Positions 25,153-37,356 of a DNA stretch of 64,000 nt are shown here, piece by piece. Made by a program: the position numbers and the translations under genes. The first letter of the stretch is position 1; every line of letters starts with the position of its first letter. The notes beneath the pieces were generated by a model. The model worked only from the letters and a program-made list of their open reading frames with translations. It ran no database searches and was not told where the DNA came from. Location of the stretch: the NCBI GenBank assembly GCA_002269645.1, contig NIVC01000491.1, forward strand, positions 451,243-515,242. Reading direction: 5' to 3'. The stretch is from Macrostomum lignano. Lineage: Eukaryota.

Positions 25153-25640
25153 CATCTAGATCTATAGGGTAGCTAACATCTAGATCTATAGGGTAGCTAA
25201 CATCTAGATCTATAGGGTAGCTAACATCTAGATTTATAATGTTAACATCTAGATCTATAGGGTATCTAACATCTAGATCTATAAGGTATCTAACATCTGG
25301 GTCTATAGGGTATCTAACATCTAGATCTATAGTGTATCTTACATATAGATCTATAGGGTATCTAACATCTAGATCTATAGGGTAGCTAACATCTAGATCT
25401 AAAGTTTAACATCTAGATCTATAAGGTATCTGATATCTAGATCTATCTAACATCTGGATCTATAGGGTATCTAACATCTAGATCTATAGGGTATCTGATA
25501 TCTAGATCTATAGGGTATCTAACATCTAGATCTATAGTGTATCTAACATCTAGATCTACAGGTTATCTAACGTCAAGATCTACAGTTTATCTAAGGTGTA
25601 AGATCTAAAGGTTGTCTAACATCTAGATCTTAGGATATCT
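25153..25640. repeat. 24-bp minisatellite, right half of the interrupted array, degenerating toward exon 2
   Basis: Same unit and orientation as 5560-6042. Confidence 0.93.
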
Positions 25641-25843
25641 AACATCTAAATTCAGTGAATCTGAGACAGATCTAAATGCAGGATATTTGAGGCAAATCTA
25701 TATTTATTCTGTAGGATTTCTACCTTTAGACTAATCAAAAAGATCACTTGACATTTTTGGGATTATAATCCCAAAATCAAAGTGCTTACTAAAATAGAAT
25801 ACAACAATCAACTCTTAAGAATACCCATCCCCTTTTTACAAAC

Positions 25844-26109
25844 CTCTTGCGCCCGTTCAAGCGCTTTCTCAGCCTCGTCTCGCTTCTCCTGACGCTTAGC
25901 CAACTCGCCAGATTTCATCTGAGGCGGCGCGCCATCGAATATATAAACAGGTTTAAGGCCATTGTCAATCATACGCATAGTTCGATAGAACATGCCCAAA
26001 AGGTGAGATGTAGTTTCACCATCGGCGTTAGTCAAATTGCCGCCGTCCTGGCGAACAGCGGTTAGAAACTGATAGAGGCACATGCTGGCATCAATCGCTA
26101 CCTTTCGGC
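25844..26109 (-). CDS. FEN1: FEN1 exon 2 ([10 protein letters not shown]...[11 protein letters not shown]...FDG...ERAQE)
   Basis: XPG N-domain motifs; acceptor CCAAG|GC, donor GAG|GTTTGT. Confidence 0.95.
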
Positions 26110-27063
26110 CTTGGTGCAAAAAGTGTAAGGAAAGTCTATTAAGCTCATTTTTTGCGGCCTTCTGTAGCCTACTAACAGTAGACATGTTTGGATTTGCCCG
26201 ATGAAAATGGCACCAAAAGGAAAGAAGTGACTCTAGAAAACTTGATCAAGATGTCCCGGTACAAGTTTTATTGTCTGCAACTCTTTGGCTTATACTTTAT
26301 CTATCTAGTATCTGAATTGAATTGAACTTAATTCTTATATATCTAATCTAACTAATTCCAATTACTAATACTTAACTAACATTACATTTGTGCAATTTAA
26401 TAACTTTACTGTGTACAGTGTACATAAAGTCCATTGAATTTGCATTTTGAAAAAAACAAAGTAATGATAACCTAAAAATATTTTTGCAACTTTAGGTTGA
26501 ATGGCTCAAAGGTCCCAAAGTTAAGTAACTTTACTTAATAACACTTTAAATATGATATTAAATTTTGCAATTTTTCAAAAGTTGTATTTCTTTTATGTTT
26601 CCATAATTTTGTTTTGGTTTTTTTATTGTTTCATATTTGGAAGCACATTCGGAAATTCAGAAAATAAAATTTCTAAATCCAAAACATTCAGATTTCTAAA
26701 AAAGTGAGACGTTTTTAGACTATTTGGATCTATCACTAATCCTTATCACTAAGGGCCTTATCAAAAAAGGTCCTCACCACCCATGGCCCCATCTGCTCAG
26801 TATGATACCCCTGTAGTATACATGATGGCACCCCCACTCTCATGATTAAAATTTGCATTTCCTCATTTGATATTTCTAAATCCACCTTTTGCTTGAGTTG
26901 CTATAGAATCACTGAGTTGCATCTAAAGTGCATCTACATCACAGTCATCACTTAATGAATTATAATTGCATTTTGCCTCTATAATAGAGTAGACTCTATT
27001 TAGTCTACTTGAGTTAGTAGAAACTTAAGCACTAACATGACTCTTGAAAGACTTGTTTACATA

Positions 27064-27354
27064 CATGCGAAACCTCCAAAATTCGGTCGGCCGTGCGACT
27101 TAGTTTTAACAAAAATGCGACGTAGTTTTTGGCCAAAATTGCGACTTACATGTAAAAAAAACCCTAAAGCAAAATTAACGCAATTTTGGGTAAACGGCAG
27201 GAGTAACTATGACTGTCTTATTAAGCCAAAATGCCTCGTCAGCTACTTAGTACTACTACTTGGGTGTTTTTTCGGGTGGGCATTTTTGCGACTTCCTTGG
27301 TTGGCCGCCAAATCGGTCGGCCGGATCGGCCGACTCGGCCGACTGTTGCGCATG
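27064..27354. mobile_element. MITE-like element with CATGCG termini flanked by TA (Tc1/mariner-type)
   Basis: TA|CATGCGAAAC...GTTGCGCATG|TA with internal TCGGCCG repeats. The reverse complement of the right end (CATGCGCAACAGTCGGCCGA) recurs at 701-720. Confidence 0.55.
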
Positions 27355-27846
27355 TATGCTTGTTTATAACTCTTACAATTCTGCAACTCACAGGAATTGC
27401 CTCTCTGGCACATTGAACCTGAGCAACTTTTTTTGTAACACAGTGGTCTCTAGGACATATCATTTTAATGTAACTTTAAATGTATAAAAATTGCTTTAAA
27501 ACTTCTAACAGTGAAATTTAATTATGAATTCTAGATAAACTATATATAATTGTTTATTGTTTGTACACCAGGTTTGTGTGCCAATAGAAAAAATTATCAT
27601 TTGAAACAATGTATCTATCATATCATATATACCAAGATATATCCTGATATATGCTGAAAAATGATAAGACCCTTATTGTATACTAGGAAATCCTAGTATA
27701 CACATTGCCTTCTGAACTATAGAAAATGAGAAATGAGAATGAGAAATTAAAGGATTAGAAAAAGAGAACCACAACAACTTAATAGCTTAGTAATAGAACT
27801 GTTCTGAAAAGAGAAATTAGCCCTAGAACAACTTGATAGTAGTAAT

Positions 27847-28988
27847 TAGTGTTCCGCCGTAATTACGGCTACGGCTACGGCAAATTACGGCTACGACACT
27901 TTTGAAGCCGTATTTTCATTACGGATTACGGTTACAGACATATTTTGAGCTTACGGTTACGGTTACGGATTACGGAGATTTTTCTAGACTTGCCGTAATT
28001 GGTAGCCGTAACAAAAATTATTTATTTTTAACTGTTTAGTGTTATAAAAGAATTTTTTTATATCAACTTCAACCAGTTTTCATTTTGTTTTACTAGTTAT
28101 TATTATTTTTTTACATTTGTTAAGTTTCTAAATATCTACGAAACTTCTTGAAAATGAAAAACGAATTTTTTTCACGAATTTTCTCATTAGGCATACGGCA
28201 TAGCATAGCATAGCGATAGCATGATAGCAGCAAGACAGAGAGAGCCAGTCAAAGCCTACAAGAGACTAAGAATCTGGCATTCTTATTTCTTAGCCATATG
28301 TAGCATTTAGCTCCTTAGCATAAAAATAGGATATTAGATTTAGATTATGAGGATAAGGATGAAAGAATATTAATAAGGGAATACTAAATAAATACTAATA
28401 GGATAAGAATATGAATTATGATTGAAAATTGATTGAAACCAAAGAAGACAATACAATAGACAATGCAATAAAATGAAAATGAAAAAATGTAACATGCAAT
28501 TTCTTAGTCATCGGAAATTTTGAAGCAGTTTTATTTGAACAAATTCATATATTTATTTAATGATATTAAACATACACATTGACCTTGGCACGTCAGTCAT
28601 ATATTCATATTGTAGCGAAACAAAACAGAATCACGACACAGAAAACTGAAAAAGGCACCAAGCACACAATTGCATACAACAATGCTATAGAATACTTCAA
28701 TAAAGATATTATATTTACGAAAAAAATAAATGAATATTAATGCATGAACGAACAACAAATAGGTTTTATTGCTATCCTTTTATCCTTTTTATCTGTCCTT
28801 TTCTGTCTGCCCTACTTTTCATGCAAAAATATCAATTTTTGTTATACATTATGGCTACGGTTACGGCAAATTACGGTTACGGACTTTTTTAGCCCGTAAT
28901 GACGGCAAAATTCGGCTACGGAAGTTGCTTCTTTCTTACGGCTACGGTTACGGTTACGGAGGTCAAAACTCGCGGCGGCGGAACACTA
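27847..28988. mobile_element. Non-autonomous hAT-type element, 1142 bp, in FEN1 intron 1
   Basis: Perfect 13-bp TIR TAGTGTTCCGCCG, perfect 8-bp TSD GTAGTAAT, subterminal YTACGG arrays at both ends. Confidence 0.9.
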
Positions 28989-30499
28989 GTAGTAATAGTA
29001 GGCTAGGATAGAATTCTTGCTTGGGGGAAGGAAAATGTGCATGCATGTTTTTGGAGCAGTGTGCAAGTGCACATTCCAACTGTAAAAATAATTAGTCATA
29101 ATGTGATCATGGCCTATATGCTAAAAATGAAATTTCTAGTTTTTCAATTCTAGGCTGACATAAATTAAAAAATTGTACTCCAAGTGTAAAGTAGCTTAAA
29201 TGCTACATTTTTAGAGTATATATTCTTTAAAAATTATAAGAGTTTCACTAAACTTTAAAGTAACTATTTTTGCTAAAAACTATTATTCTTTGTTTTATTT
29301 ATGTTTTATAATTTTCTAGCATAAAAACAATATTCCAGACTATGAAAAGTAGGAGAACTTGAGTATGCATATGCCACATAACAATGTTATATGCATGTAA
29401 AAGTCAAATCCTATCTGTTATTCTGCAGCAAACAGCTTTTTGCACAAGCGCATATAATCAAGTGGCAAGCGTATTTGTACGCGCAAGTGCGTACAAATTT
29501 GACAAGCACACACAAATGCGTAACAACTTTTGTGCAAGAATTCCATCCTGGGTAATAGGATCTTATTTTTAGTAAAGCAAAGACAAACCATAGAACAATA
29601 TAGTGGCATTAGTAAAATAGTATCAGAATACAAAAATCCCTATAATAGCAACATTTTGATAGGTTTAATATAAAGTTATAGTTACTAAAAATAGCATAAC
29701 ATAATACTATAGCATCTAGCTTTAAAAAACTTGATGGCCAATTAAGCATAGGATCCAAAATTAGGATGTCAAAACTAGACATAGATGCATAGGCCTAACC
29801 AAACTTTACAATGGCTAATATATAAGTTTCCTCTAAAAAAAAATTATATATTATATATTTTAGGTTAAGTATATGAGTATAAGCTATATGAGTTGAGTAC
29901 ATAGTAATGTATATATATCTAGAGCACCTTTTAGCAACATGTTTTGCTCTGCATACAATTTAACTTTCTTTTCTTCTTAATCTTAGTCACTAGTGTAATT
30001 TATGCTTCTAAATTTGTCTATTGATTAATTAAAAAAGTTTTTTTTTCTTTTTTTTCCTATTTTATTTATTTAATTTTTCAATGTGTTTTGCTTATGTACC
30101 CCTGGAAATATTTTGTGGTAATGGCTCTATAATATACCACCTACCTTGAGCACACTGACTATAAACTAATAAACCAACCATCTAGTCTAGATAAGGGGGT
30201 TGCCCCGCCTCCCCTTAGGCGGAGACCAGAAAAAAATCAAAGGGAAGACCAAGCGATTTTGCGCCAAAATACAAAGCCACACCCTCTGCCACCCCTTGCC
30301 CTCTGGGTCTTTACCCTCCAGAATCCACCCCCTCAACAAATTTCTGGTTGCACTAGGCCTACTGGTGTAAGTCCATCATATACTTAACCTAAAAAACATA
30401 AAACACGTCGTTTGTATTAATTATACAGCTAAGACTAAGAGTGCATGGAACTATGCCTGCATGTTTTAAGAAAGCATTGAAAGAACATGGTTTACCTAC

Positions 30500-30581
30500 C
30501 AAAATAATTCTTCAGATCGCCCTCCTTTACACAGGATGGAGCAGAATCGCAAAGAACTTTACTGAGCTGCTTGATTCCCAT
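30500..30581 (-). CDS. FEN1: FEN1 exon 1 (MGIKQLSKVLCDSAPSCVKEGDLKNYF-G); too short for the ORF track
   Basis: Matches FEN1 N-terminus; phase-1 donor G|GTAGGT fits exon 2. Confidence 0.93.
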
Positions 30582-30956
30582 AGTACACTTCGATGTAGAT
30601 AAATTACGAAAAGCTTCAGAATGTGATGTTCTAAATAGACAAATTATCGCGAAAGCTCTATTCATGCATCAACTACTCGTCAATGGCGTCGATCGAATTT
30701 ATAAACGGCGGCCACGTGAAATTTAAACTTTCTGATCAAACATCTTAACAAATTTCTAAATAAAAATTTACTATTTTACGTGCTAATGTTAAAAATTTTG
30801 GCTCAAGTTTTTGTTATTTATCAATGGCGGGAAACAATATTTCATTTATCCTCTTTTCCACCGTATAATAAAAGTACTTGCAATTCGTAACGAAACAATT
30901 GGTGTTGCATTGCAATTGCATTGATCTTAGTCCTTAAAGCATTTGAGTAGCGCAAG

Positions 30957-31441
30957 CAGGGGCGTTGCCATGGATTTTTATGGTGGGGGACAAAGTCAAG
31001 AACTTAACATGTACATGACTAAATTCCTACATTTCCATTATTTTGAGAATCGTGTTTGTCAGCGCAATTATTTCGGCGCCGCAGGTATCCTCATTTTAGC
31101 GACGCAGGCACTCATTTTGGCGCCGTAAGGCACTCATTATGGCGCTGCAGTTGGCATTCCTTTTGGCGCCGCAGGCACTCATTTTGGCGCTGCAGCTGGG
31201 CATTCCTTTTGGCGCCGCAGGCACTAATTTTGGCGCCGCAAGCACGATCATTTTAACGCCGCAGGCACTGATCATTTCGGCGCTGAAGGCGCTATATTTT
31301 GGCGCCCTGTAGAAAAACTATTGATTACCACAACGAGGTCACAAAAGGTGGGGTGGGGAGGACAAAGCATTGGAATGCCCCCCATAGATTTTACTGTGGG
31401 GCACATCCCGGCCGTCCCCTCCCCCGGTGGCGACGCGCCTG
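30957..31441 (+). mobile_element. hAT-type MITE, 485 bp, ~375 bp upstream of the FEN1 ATG
   Basis: TIR CAGGGGCGTTGCCA / TGGCGACGCGCCTG; perfect 8-bp TSD AGCGCAAG; internal 21-bp GGCGCCGCAGGCACT repeats. Confidence 0.88.
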
Positions 31442-31959
31442 AGCGCAAGTCTCAAATTCTCTCAACGGTAATCTCATCTTTACATGTAATTGTTTCTGTT
31501 GGCTTTGTAAGCTCTTCAATCAGTTCAAATGCTGGATAACCCCGACCACAAGTTGCTAGATCGAAGTATACACTGTGCATGCGCTTTGGCATTTCTCAAT
31601 TACCGCCGGAAGCCGTCCTAGCTGAATGCATTTACATGTAGCAGTGTAAATTGTAGCTCTATAAGTAACTGTCGTACACAGTAGATGTTTCAGTACATGT
31701 ACATTCAGAAGTTTTATCGCTTGAAATATTGCTTTACGCTCGTATCCCTAGGGAAATGAGGAAACTGCGGCTACCGTGTGATTCACCCGATTCATGTACA
31801 TTATGTACGTGAAACTCTAGCGAGACTAAAAGCTTATAACTATTGAATAAAGTTAAATAAAGTAAGCGAAACTATATAAATTTTCCTCCTTGCAATAATA
31901 CGTTTTGTCAACTATAGGTTGGCAATTAAAGAGTTTTTAATTATATCACTGTTTACATT

Positions 31960-32245
31960 CAGGCGCGTCGCCACCGGTGGGGGACAGGGGGGGGGGGCAT
32001 GCCCCCGGTGTAAAAGCTATGCGGGACAGGGACATGCCAATTCTTTGTCCTCCCACCCCACCTTGTGACCCATTGTGGCAATCAATGGTTTTTCTTCCGG
32101 GCGCCAAAATATAGCGACTTAATTCTGCGCCAAAATGAGTGCCTACCGCGCCAAAATTATAAGCGCTGACAGCACGTACGATTCTCAAATAATGGACATG
32201 TACGAATTTAGTCATGTACATGTAATGTTGAATTCTTTGCTTTGC
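31960..32245 (-). mobile_element. Truncated copy of the same hAT MITE family
   Basis: One TIR (CAGGCGCGTCGCCACC) and internal similarity to 30957-31441; second TIR absent. Confidence 0.75.
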
Positions 32246-32646
32246 TTTGCTCAAACCAAAGTCGCTTCTAAATCAATTGATTTACATCTAACCGAATTTC
32301 GGAAGATTCATAACGTCGTTATGCGTCGGTGTAATGTAAAAACACCTACATGTATTTGCCGAATTGAAGTCCATCGACGTAGTGTGCGTCGGCGGGTGTT
32401 GGAATGCTGCACTGGCTCACTGGCTCATTTGTTAACGGTGTGCATCAAGAACAACTTAAATTCTTACTTAAAAGAATAAAATAAACCAGAAATGAACAAT
32501 GTTTTGTGTTTCCACTTACTAAAAGTTGTTATCGTTAGTCCAATTTTAAGACATTTTTGTATAGATTGCTTTCAACGAGAATTATTTTATCATATATTGG
32601 GGGCTGTCAGTCATTCAGTTGACGCAATTTGGAGCAGTTCGCGCAA

Positions 32647-33012
32647 TCACCAGTTGCATCCGTCAGATTCGTCGCACAGGAGCACAGTTCCGGCCACGTA
32701 GAAGTTGCGCACCTTATCGTTAGGCGGGTCGAAGGAGCTAACGCAGCCGTGCATGGCGTCGCCGGCTTTCACTGGCCAGTTGTACAGCTCCCCGATGCCC
32801 TTGGCGCCGCTGCTGGTGAGGACACCCTTGAAGCAGTAGCGCTTGTCGCAGGTGTTCAACTTAGTTGTCAGGTCGGTGCCATCTGCAGTTAGCTGTGTGA
32901 AGTAACATTTTAGCTGACCGTAGCCGCTGGCTTGATTGTCGTACACAGCGACCGTCAAAGCCTCGTTTGCAACGCTTAGCGATAGGATGAAGATAAGACA
33001 CACTCTGAACAT
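32647..33012 (-). CDS. Secreted Cys-rich protein, Ly6/three-finger-like, 121 aa, intronless CDS
   Basis: N-terminal hydrophobic signal peptide; six mature Cys; C-terminal CDESDGCN resembles the three-finger C-x-x-D-x-C-N ending. Confidence 0.7.
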   Translation of the reverse strand: MFRVCLIFILSLSVANEALTVAVYDNQASGYGQLKCYFTQLTADGTDLTTKLNTCDKRYCFKGVLTSSGAKGIGELYNWPVKAGDAMHGCVSSFDPPNDKVRNFYVAGTVLLCDESDGCNW

Positions 33013-34554
33013 CTTTGGAACTGAAAAAACACATGTTTACATGTATTTTTATATACTAATGTACTGTCTGTCTATAAACAAACTGATACAACCCCCGTGA
33101 AACATTCCGACGTTCGGCGTCGTACCCCGACATACCCGACGGCAAATTGGTCTTTTTACATTACGCCGACGCATGACGACTCTCGGCCAAACGTCGGTGT
33201 AATCTAAAAACATACCAAATTGCCAGCGATGTCGGTAGGCATCGTTGCCGACGTCGAACTTCTGTACAGAAGCAGAATGCAGTACCTTTTGTCGTCAACG
33301 ATCGAGTTGTTAAACAACTTAGAATAGATAGCTGCTACGAGACTGTTTTGAAGCCAGTTCGCGTCTCCGGTATGGACTCACTGGACTCTGTTTTGAACCA
33401 GCGCAATAAATAGTTTGAAGAGACAAGTCCGCCCATCCCAATTCCGGTTGGATGTGGCTCTCCCAGCCGCCTCCCTGCTCCCCCAACCCCCGCAGTTTCT
33501 ACAATCACGTGACGACTACGGAGGCGGATTACTGCGAAGCATGAGTTGAAAGAAAAAAGAACACTAATTAAAGCAAATTGAGAAGAAATTTTATCTAACT
33601 TTGAATTCTGAAATTCAATTAACTGGCCACGCACATTGACTTATTTGTTTTACATTTCTTTATTACCTGTGCTTACCTGGGGTTTCAAATTCAGTAGGAG
33701 ACGAATATTATTGACAAGAAAGTTGAATCAGACAAACCCTCAGTCTGTGTTTATATTTAAAACCGTAGTAAATTGGTGTGGATGTTGAATAATATTGTTA
33801 TATGGTCTGCTAAACATTTCAGTGTGTAGTGATACCTATGCAAACCAATACCCACGGATCTGCTATTGTTCACCTGATATTTGCCTAGTTTATTTTAATA
33901 GTGCATCTATATTTTTTAATGAAGCTTTTAATATTATTCTTTTTTATTGAGATTGCACTGAAGCAACTCTTCATGGCTAGCGGGTCTGCTAGCTATTGAG
34001 CGACTCCATCACTCAGCCATCTGTACTGTAATTCCCCCCCCCACGTGCAGCGCATAACAAGCACCAGTACCGCCCACGCATTTTTCAGCTCGACTTCCGC
34101 CCTCAGCCCCCAACAGTTAATCTCGACCGATCCTGCTTAATAAATCATTTTTTGTATCCCCTCACTGCCATCGATGCCTCTTAGATTTCATTTTCGGGAG
34201 GATTATAGCGATGGGTGATGATGATCTACTTGTAAATCAGCTTTATAACGATTCAGCATTGTTACATACAAAACTAGACTGATAGATTAGTTCACGCGGT
34301 CATGTCAACAGATGGTTTATTTGTTTTCTAGAAATGGCTCAAAGGGGTGTGAAATATTTTTATAGGTCTCAATCTAGCAAGTCTTCTCTCTCCGTTGGGT
34401 ATTCAACAAAGAAAAGAATAGAAATGCAAATAAACAAAAAATGTGGACTCAGCGAAATCCTTTTACATTTGCTATTGTTTGTTGGTTTCTTAAAAAAGCA
34501 TCACCTCTGAAAGCCAGCTATCTACTCGTACTAGCATAAGACATCGGCATCTCT

Positions 34555-34695
34555 TTTGAGCCTTGGAATCCCCGCATAAGTATTGACATCTCAGCAATTC
34601 CCCCATGAGCCTTGGCATCTCAGCAACTCCCCCATGAGCCTTGGCATCTCAGCAACTCGGCATGAGCCTTGGCATCTCAGCAATTCCCCATGAGC
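34555..34695. repeat. ~29-bp tandem repeat (GAGCCTTGGCATCTCAGCAACTCCCCCAT)
   Basis: About 4-5 copies read directly. Confidence 0.85.
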
Positions 34696-35576
34696 CGTTA
34701 CACGCACAATGCATGTGCAGTGCCCGGTCAATCGGGCATGAGCCTGAACGTCCAGCTATATATACTGTTTGATGGCTGGATGAGTGTCCCGTGACGCCTG
34801 CGTCATCGTGTTAATGCTGAAAATTGAATACTGAAGCACTCCACTCGCACTGACAAGGAGATCAGGGCAACCTACAGGATGGACAAGCTGCCCTATCCAT
34901 CCTTCTTCTCCTGTAAAAAAAATATTTATCTTTGTCTACTCTAATTCTATGCCTATGGTAGAAAATGCTCTGTGTAAAATCTATAGATTAAGTACGATCC
35001 GTGCCTGTTTCTTCGGTGTCTATGGTACAGAGTCCTCGGACGCGATTCTCATAGCAATTTCTTTAGCCACCGAAGGAACAGACAAAGATTATAAATAATC
35101 GTTCGATCGTACCGCTGGTGCATTAAGTATGCTCTCGGGAAGACCAGCGCTGAATGCAGTTTTGACATAGACAAATTTTGTCGAGAAAATGCTGCTCTAG
35201 AAAAATCCGATTTCTCTAAACGACAAAAAATATACTCGTAGGATAAATATTCGTTCCGAAAATTTGGCTTGCTCAATACGGAGTTAAACGTCTAGGGGTT
35301 TTAAAACACTAGCACGTGAGGCTTGTAGATGTACATCACATTCTCATCTTATGATTCTCTGGCTGGAGGCGGGACGAAATACAAGGGCTCCAGTGGATTC
35401 AGCTAAGGAACTTCAGAAGGGCGCCAAAACTTTGGCGGGAATATGTTGGTAGGAAACTGGCCTGTGGAATGAGTCTAGATCTCTTGCTCCCGCATCAGTT
35501 ATGCAGTAAATTCCGATTACCTACACGAGGCCAGTCACATGTATAGGTTTCTTAAACTGGAACTCACTTTTCTCTG

Positions 35577-36197
35577 ATGCGCCTGACGCTGCCGCCAGAG
35601 ATGCCGTTGCCGGCAAAGGAGAGCTTCAGCCTAGCACCAGTCAGCACAGCCGACTTTGTGAGGCTCGCCCAACAGTCACCGGGCGGGAAAGCGCTGGGTC
35701 TGGACGAGGTGCCCATCGAGGCGCTGCGCATCCACTGTGTGGCCAGTGAGGTCGCCAAAGTGATGAATCGCGTGCTCTTCGGTGAGGAGGCACCCAACGA
35801 ATGGACCACGGCGCACATCGTCGCAGTTCCTAAGAAGCGGGGCACCACGAGGCTTGAAGAGCATCGAGGCATCTGCCTTCAGTCATGCGCTGCGAAGCTG
35901 TTCAATCGGATGCTGTTATCGCGGTTGCAACCAGTGCTGGATCCGTACCTGCGTCCTGAGCAGAACGGCTTCGGGCCCCATCGCGGCACAGTGACGCAGA
36001 TACTGGCTCTTCGCCGGGTCATCGATGAGACGCGGACACACCAATCCATCCTGATTGTTATCTTCATAGATTTCAAGAAGGCATTCGACTCGGTCGTCAG
36101 GTCTGTGCTCCCAAAGGTGCTCCGTGCGGACAACGTGCCAGAGCAGCTAAGTTCCGCCATCATGGCGATGTACCGCAATACGACAGCTGCTGTTTCA
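35577..36197 (+). mobile_element. Non-LTR retrotransposon (RTE-like) reverse transcriptase fragment, truncated at both ends
   Basis: GKALGLD, IVAVPKK, HRGICL, AKLFNRMLL, EQNGF, FIDFKKAFDSV are RT N-terminal motifs; the YADD region is absent. Confidence 0.88.
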
Positions 36198-36402
36198 ACC
36201 GGACGGCCTGTGGGACTTCTTTGAGACATCCTCTCGATGGTTTTTCACACATAACTTTTGAATGAATGGACCAAAATACACGCGACTGAGTTCATTGGAA
36301 AGAAGAGAGGTGCCGCTTGAAAATGACAGCAAAGTTGTGCTTACAGCTGCTACTGTTTTTGATCTGGGATTAAAAGTGTCAGAACTTTCCGGACACCCCT
36401 CG
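36198..36402 (-). mobile_element. Mariner-like terminal fragment abutting the RT fragment
   Basis: Minus strand TA|CGAGGGGTGTCCGGAAAGT resembles mariner TIRs; second TIR not found. Confidence 0.5.
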
Positions 36403-37356
36403 TATTTTGTTGTATATATGTGCACAACCTGTATGTGCTCAGCAGACAACGGAATGGGCAAAATTGAATCAGCATTGGCTAGATGACGATGTCTTCGAAG
36501 ACGACTCAATACTTCTGCAGTTCTTATTACTACAATTATTATATTATTAATAATATTAGTATCAGTACGACGTACTATCCCGCTCCTCATGAAAAGCAGT
36601 AACGCAATAATTATGTAGCAGCTAGGTGTGAGCATAGATTGAGGGCTAAGAATAAAGTATTCAACCTTAAAGTATCTATCAGTTGCTAGTGAGATCAAGG
36701 AATGTCAGCTTATCGTACCAGTTTATTTCTAATAATTAAAAAACTCTAGCCTGCTTAGAAAAGTCGTCGAATTCATCAAGCATCTTTTTTAAAAGTTGGT
36801 GACTTATTGAAATTTGGGAATTTTACAAGATAGTTGGATGACTCACATCACTCTACTGTGTGTAAGAGTAGAGAGACCCGAGCTTAATTGCAATATATGA
36901 ATTTTCATCTCTGCAAAAGTGTTGAGTCGACTCTCAAGTTGCATCTGGAAGCCACAGCTTGTCTTGTTCCAGAAATTTTCAGGAATTTCAACTTACATGT
37001 GTACAAAACATGGTTATTTAACTTTTTCTCGAAGTTTTCCAAAATTTGCATAGCTATCCAATATTTCAGGTTGTTGTATAATTGAATTCTTTTAGTCCCT
37101 GTCATGAAATTAAATAAAAAACTAATAATATAGTCACACACTGACTATAAACATTTAGGAATGCTTTATTATTAGTTTGTCGGTAAATATTAGGTTGATA
37201 CAAGGTTTACTGCAAAACTTCGGAAAGAAATGATCTATCTAAGACAATTTTAATCCAATGTGTTACGCGTACAGCATTTGGTGACAGAGACGGATATGCT
37301 TTCAGTTATTAGATCAAACAGTATCCAAGCATTTTAATTGGAGAAATTTTCCGGCT

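Larger units (their letters stand above)
2307..30581 (-). other. FEN1: Flap endonuclease 1 gene span: 4 coding exons, 1167 nt, 388 aa; introns of 4390, 20329 and 2389 nt
   Basis: Exons join in frame through GT-AG introns (phases 1,0,0) and give a full-length FEN1 from MGIKQLSKVL to the basic C-terminal tail. Confidence 0.96.

Noticed and set aside
25808-26185. FEN1 starting at MSTVSRLQ as in the ORF track
   Set aside because: Similarity begins at GRKVA after an acceptor; the real N-terminus is the 82-nt exon at 30500-30581.
33380-33540. Promoter-like cluster (CCGCCC, TTCCGG, CACGTG)
   Set aside because: Short motifs expected by chance; no transcript evidence or linked exon identified.
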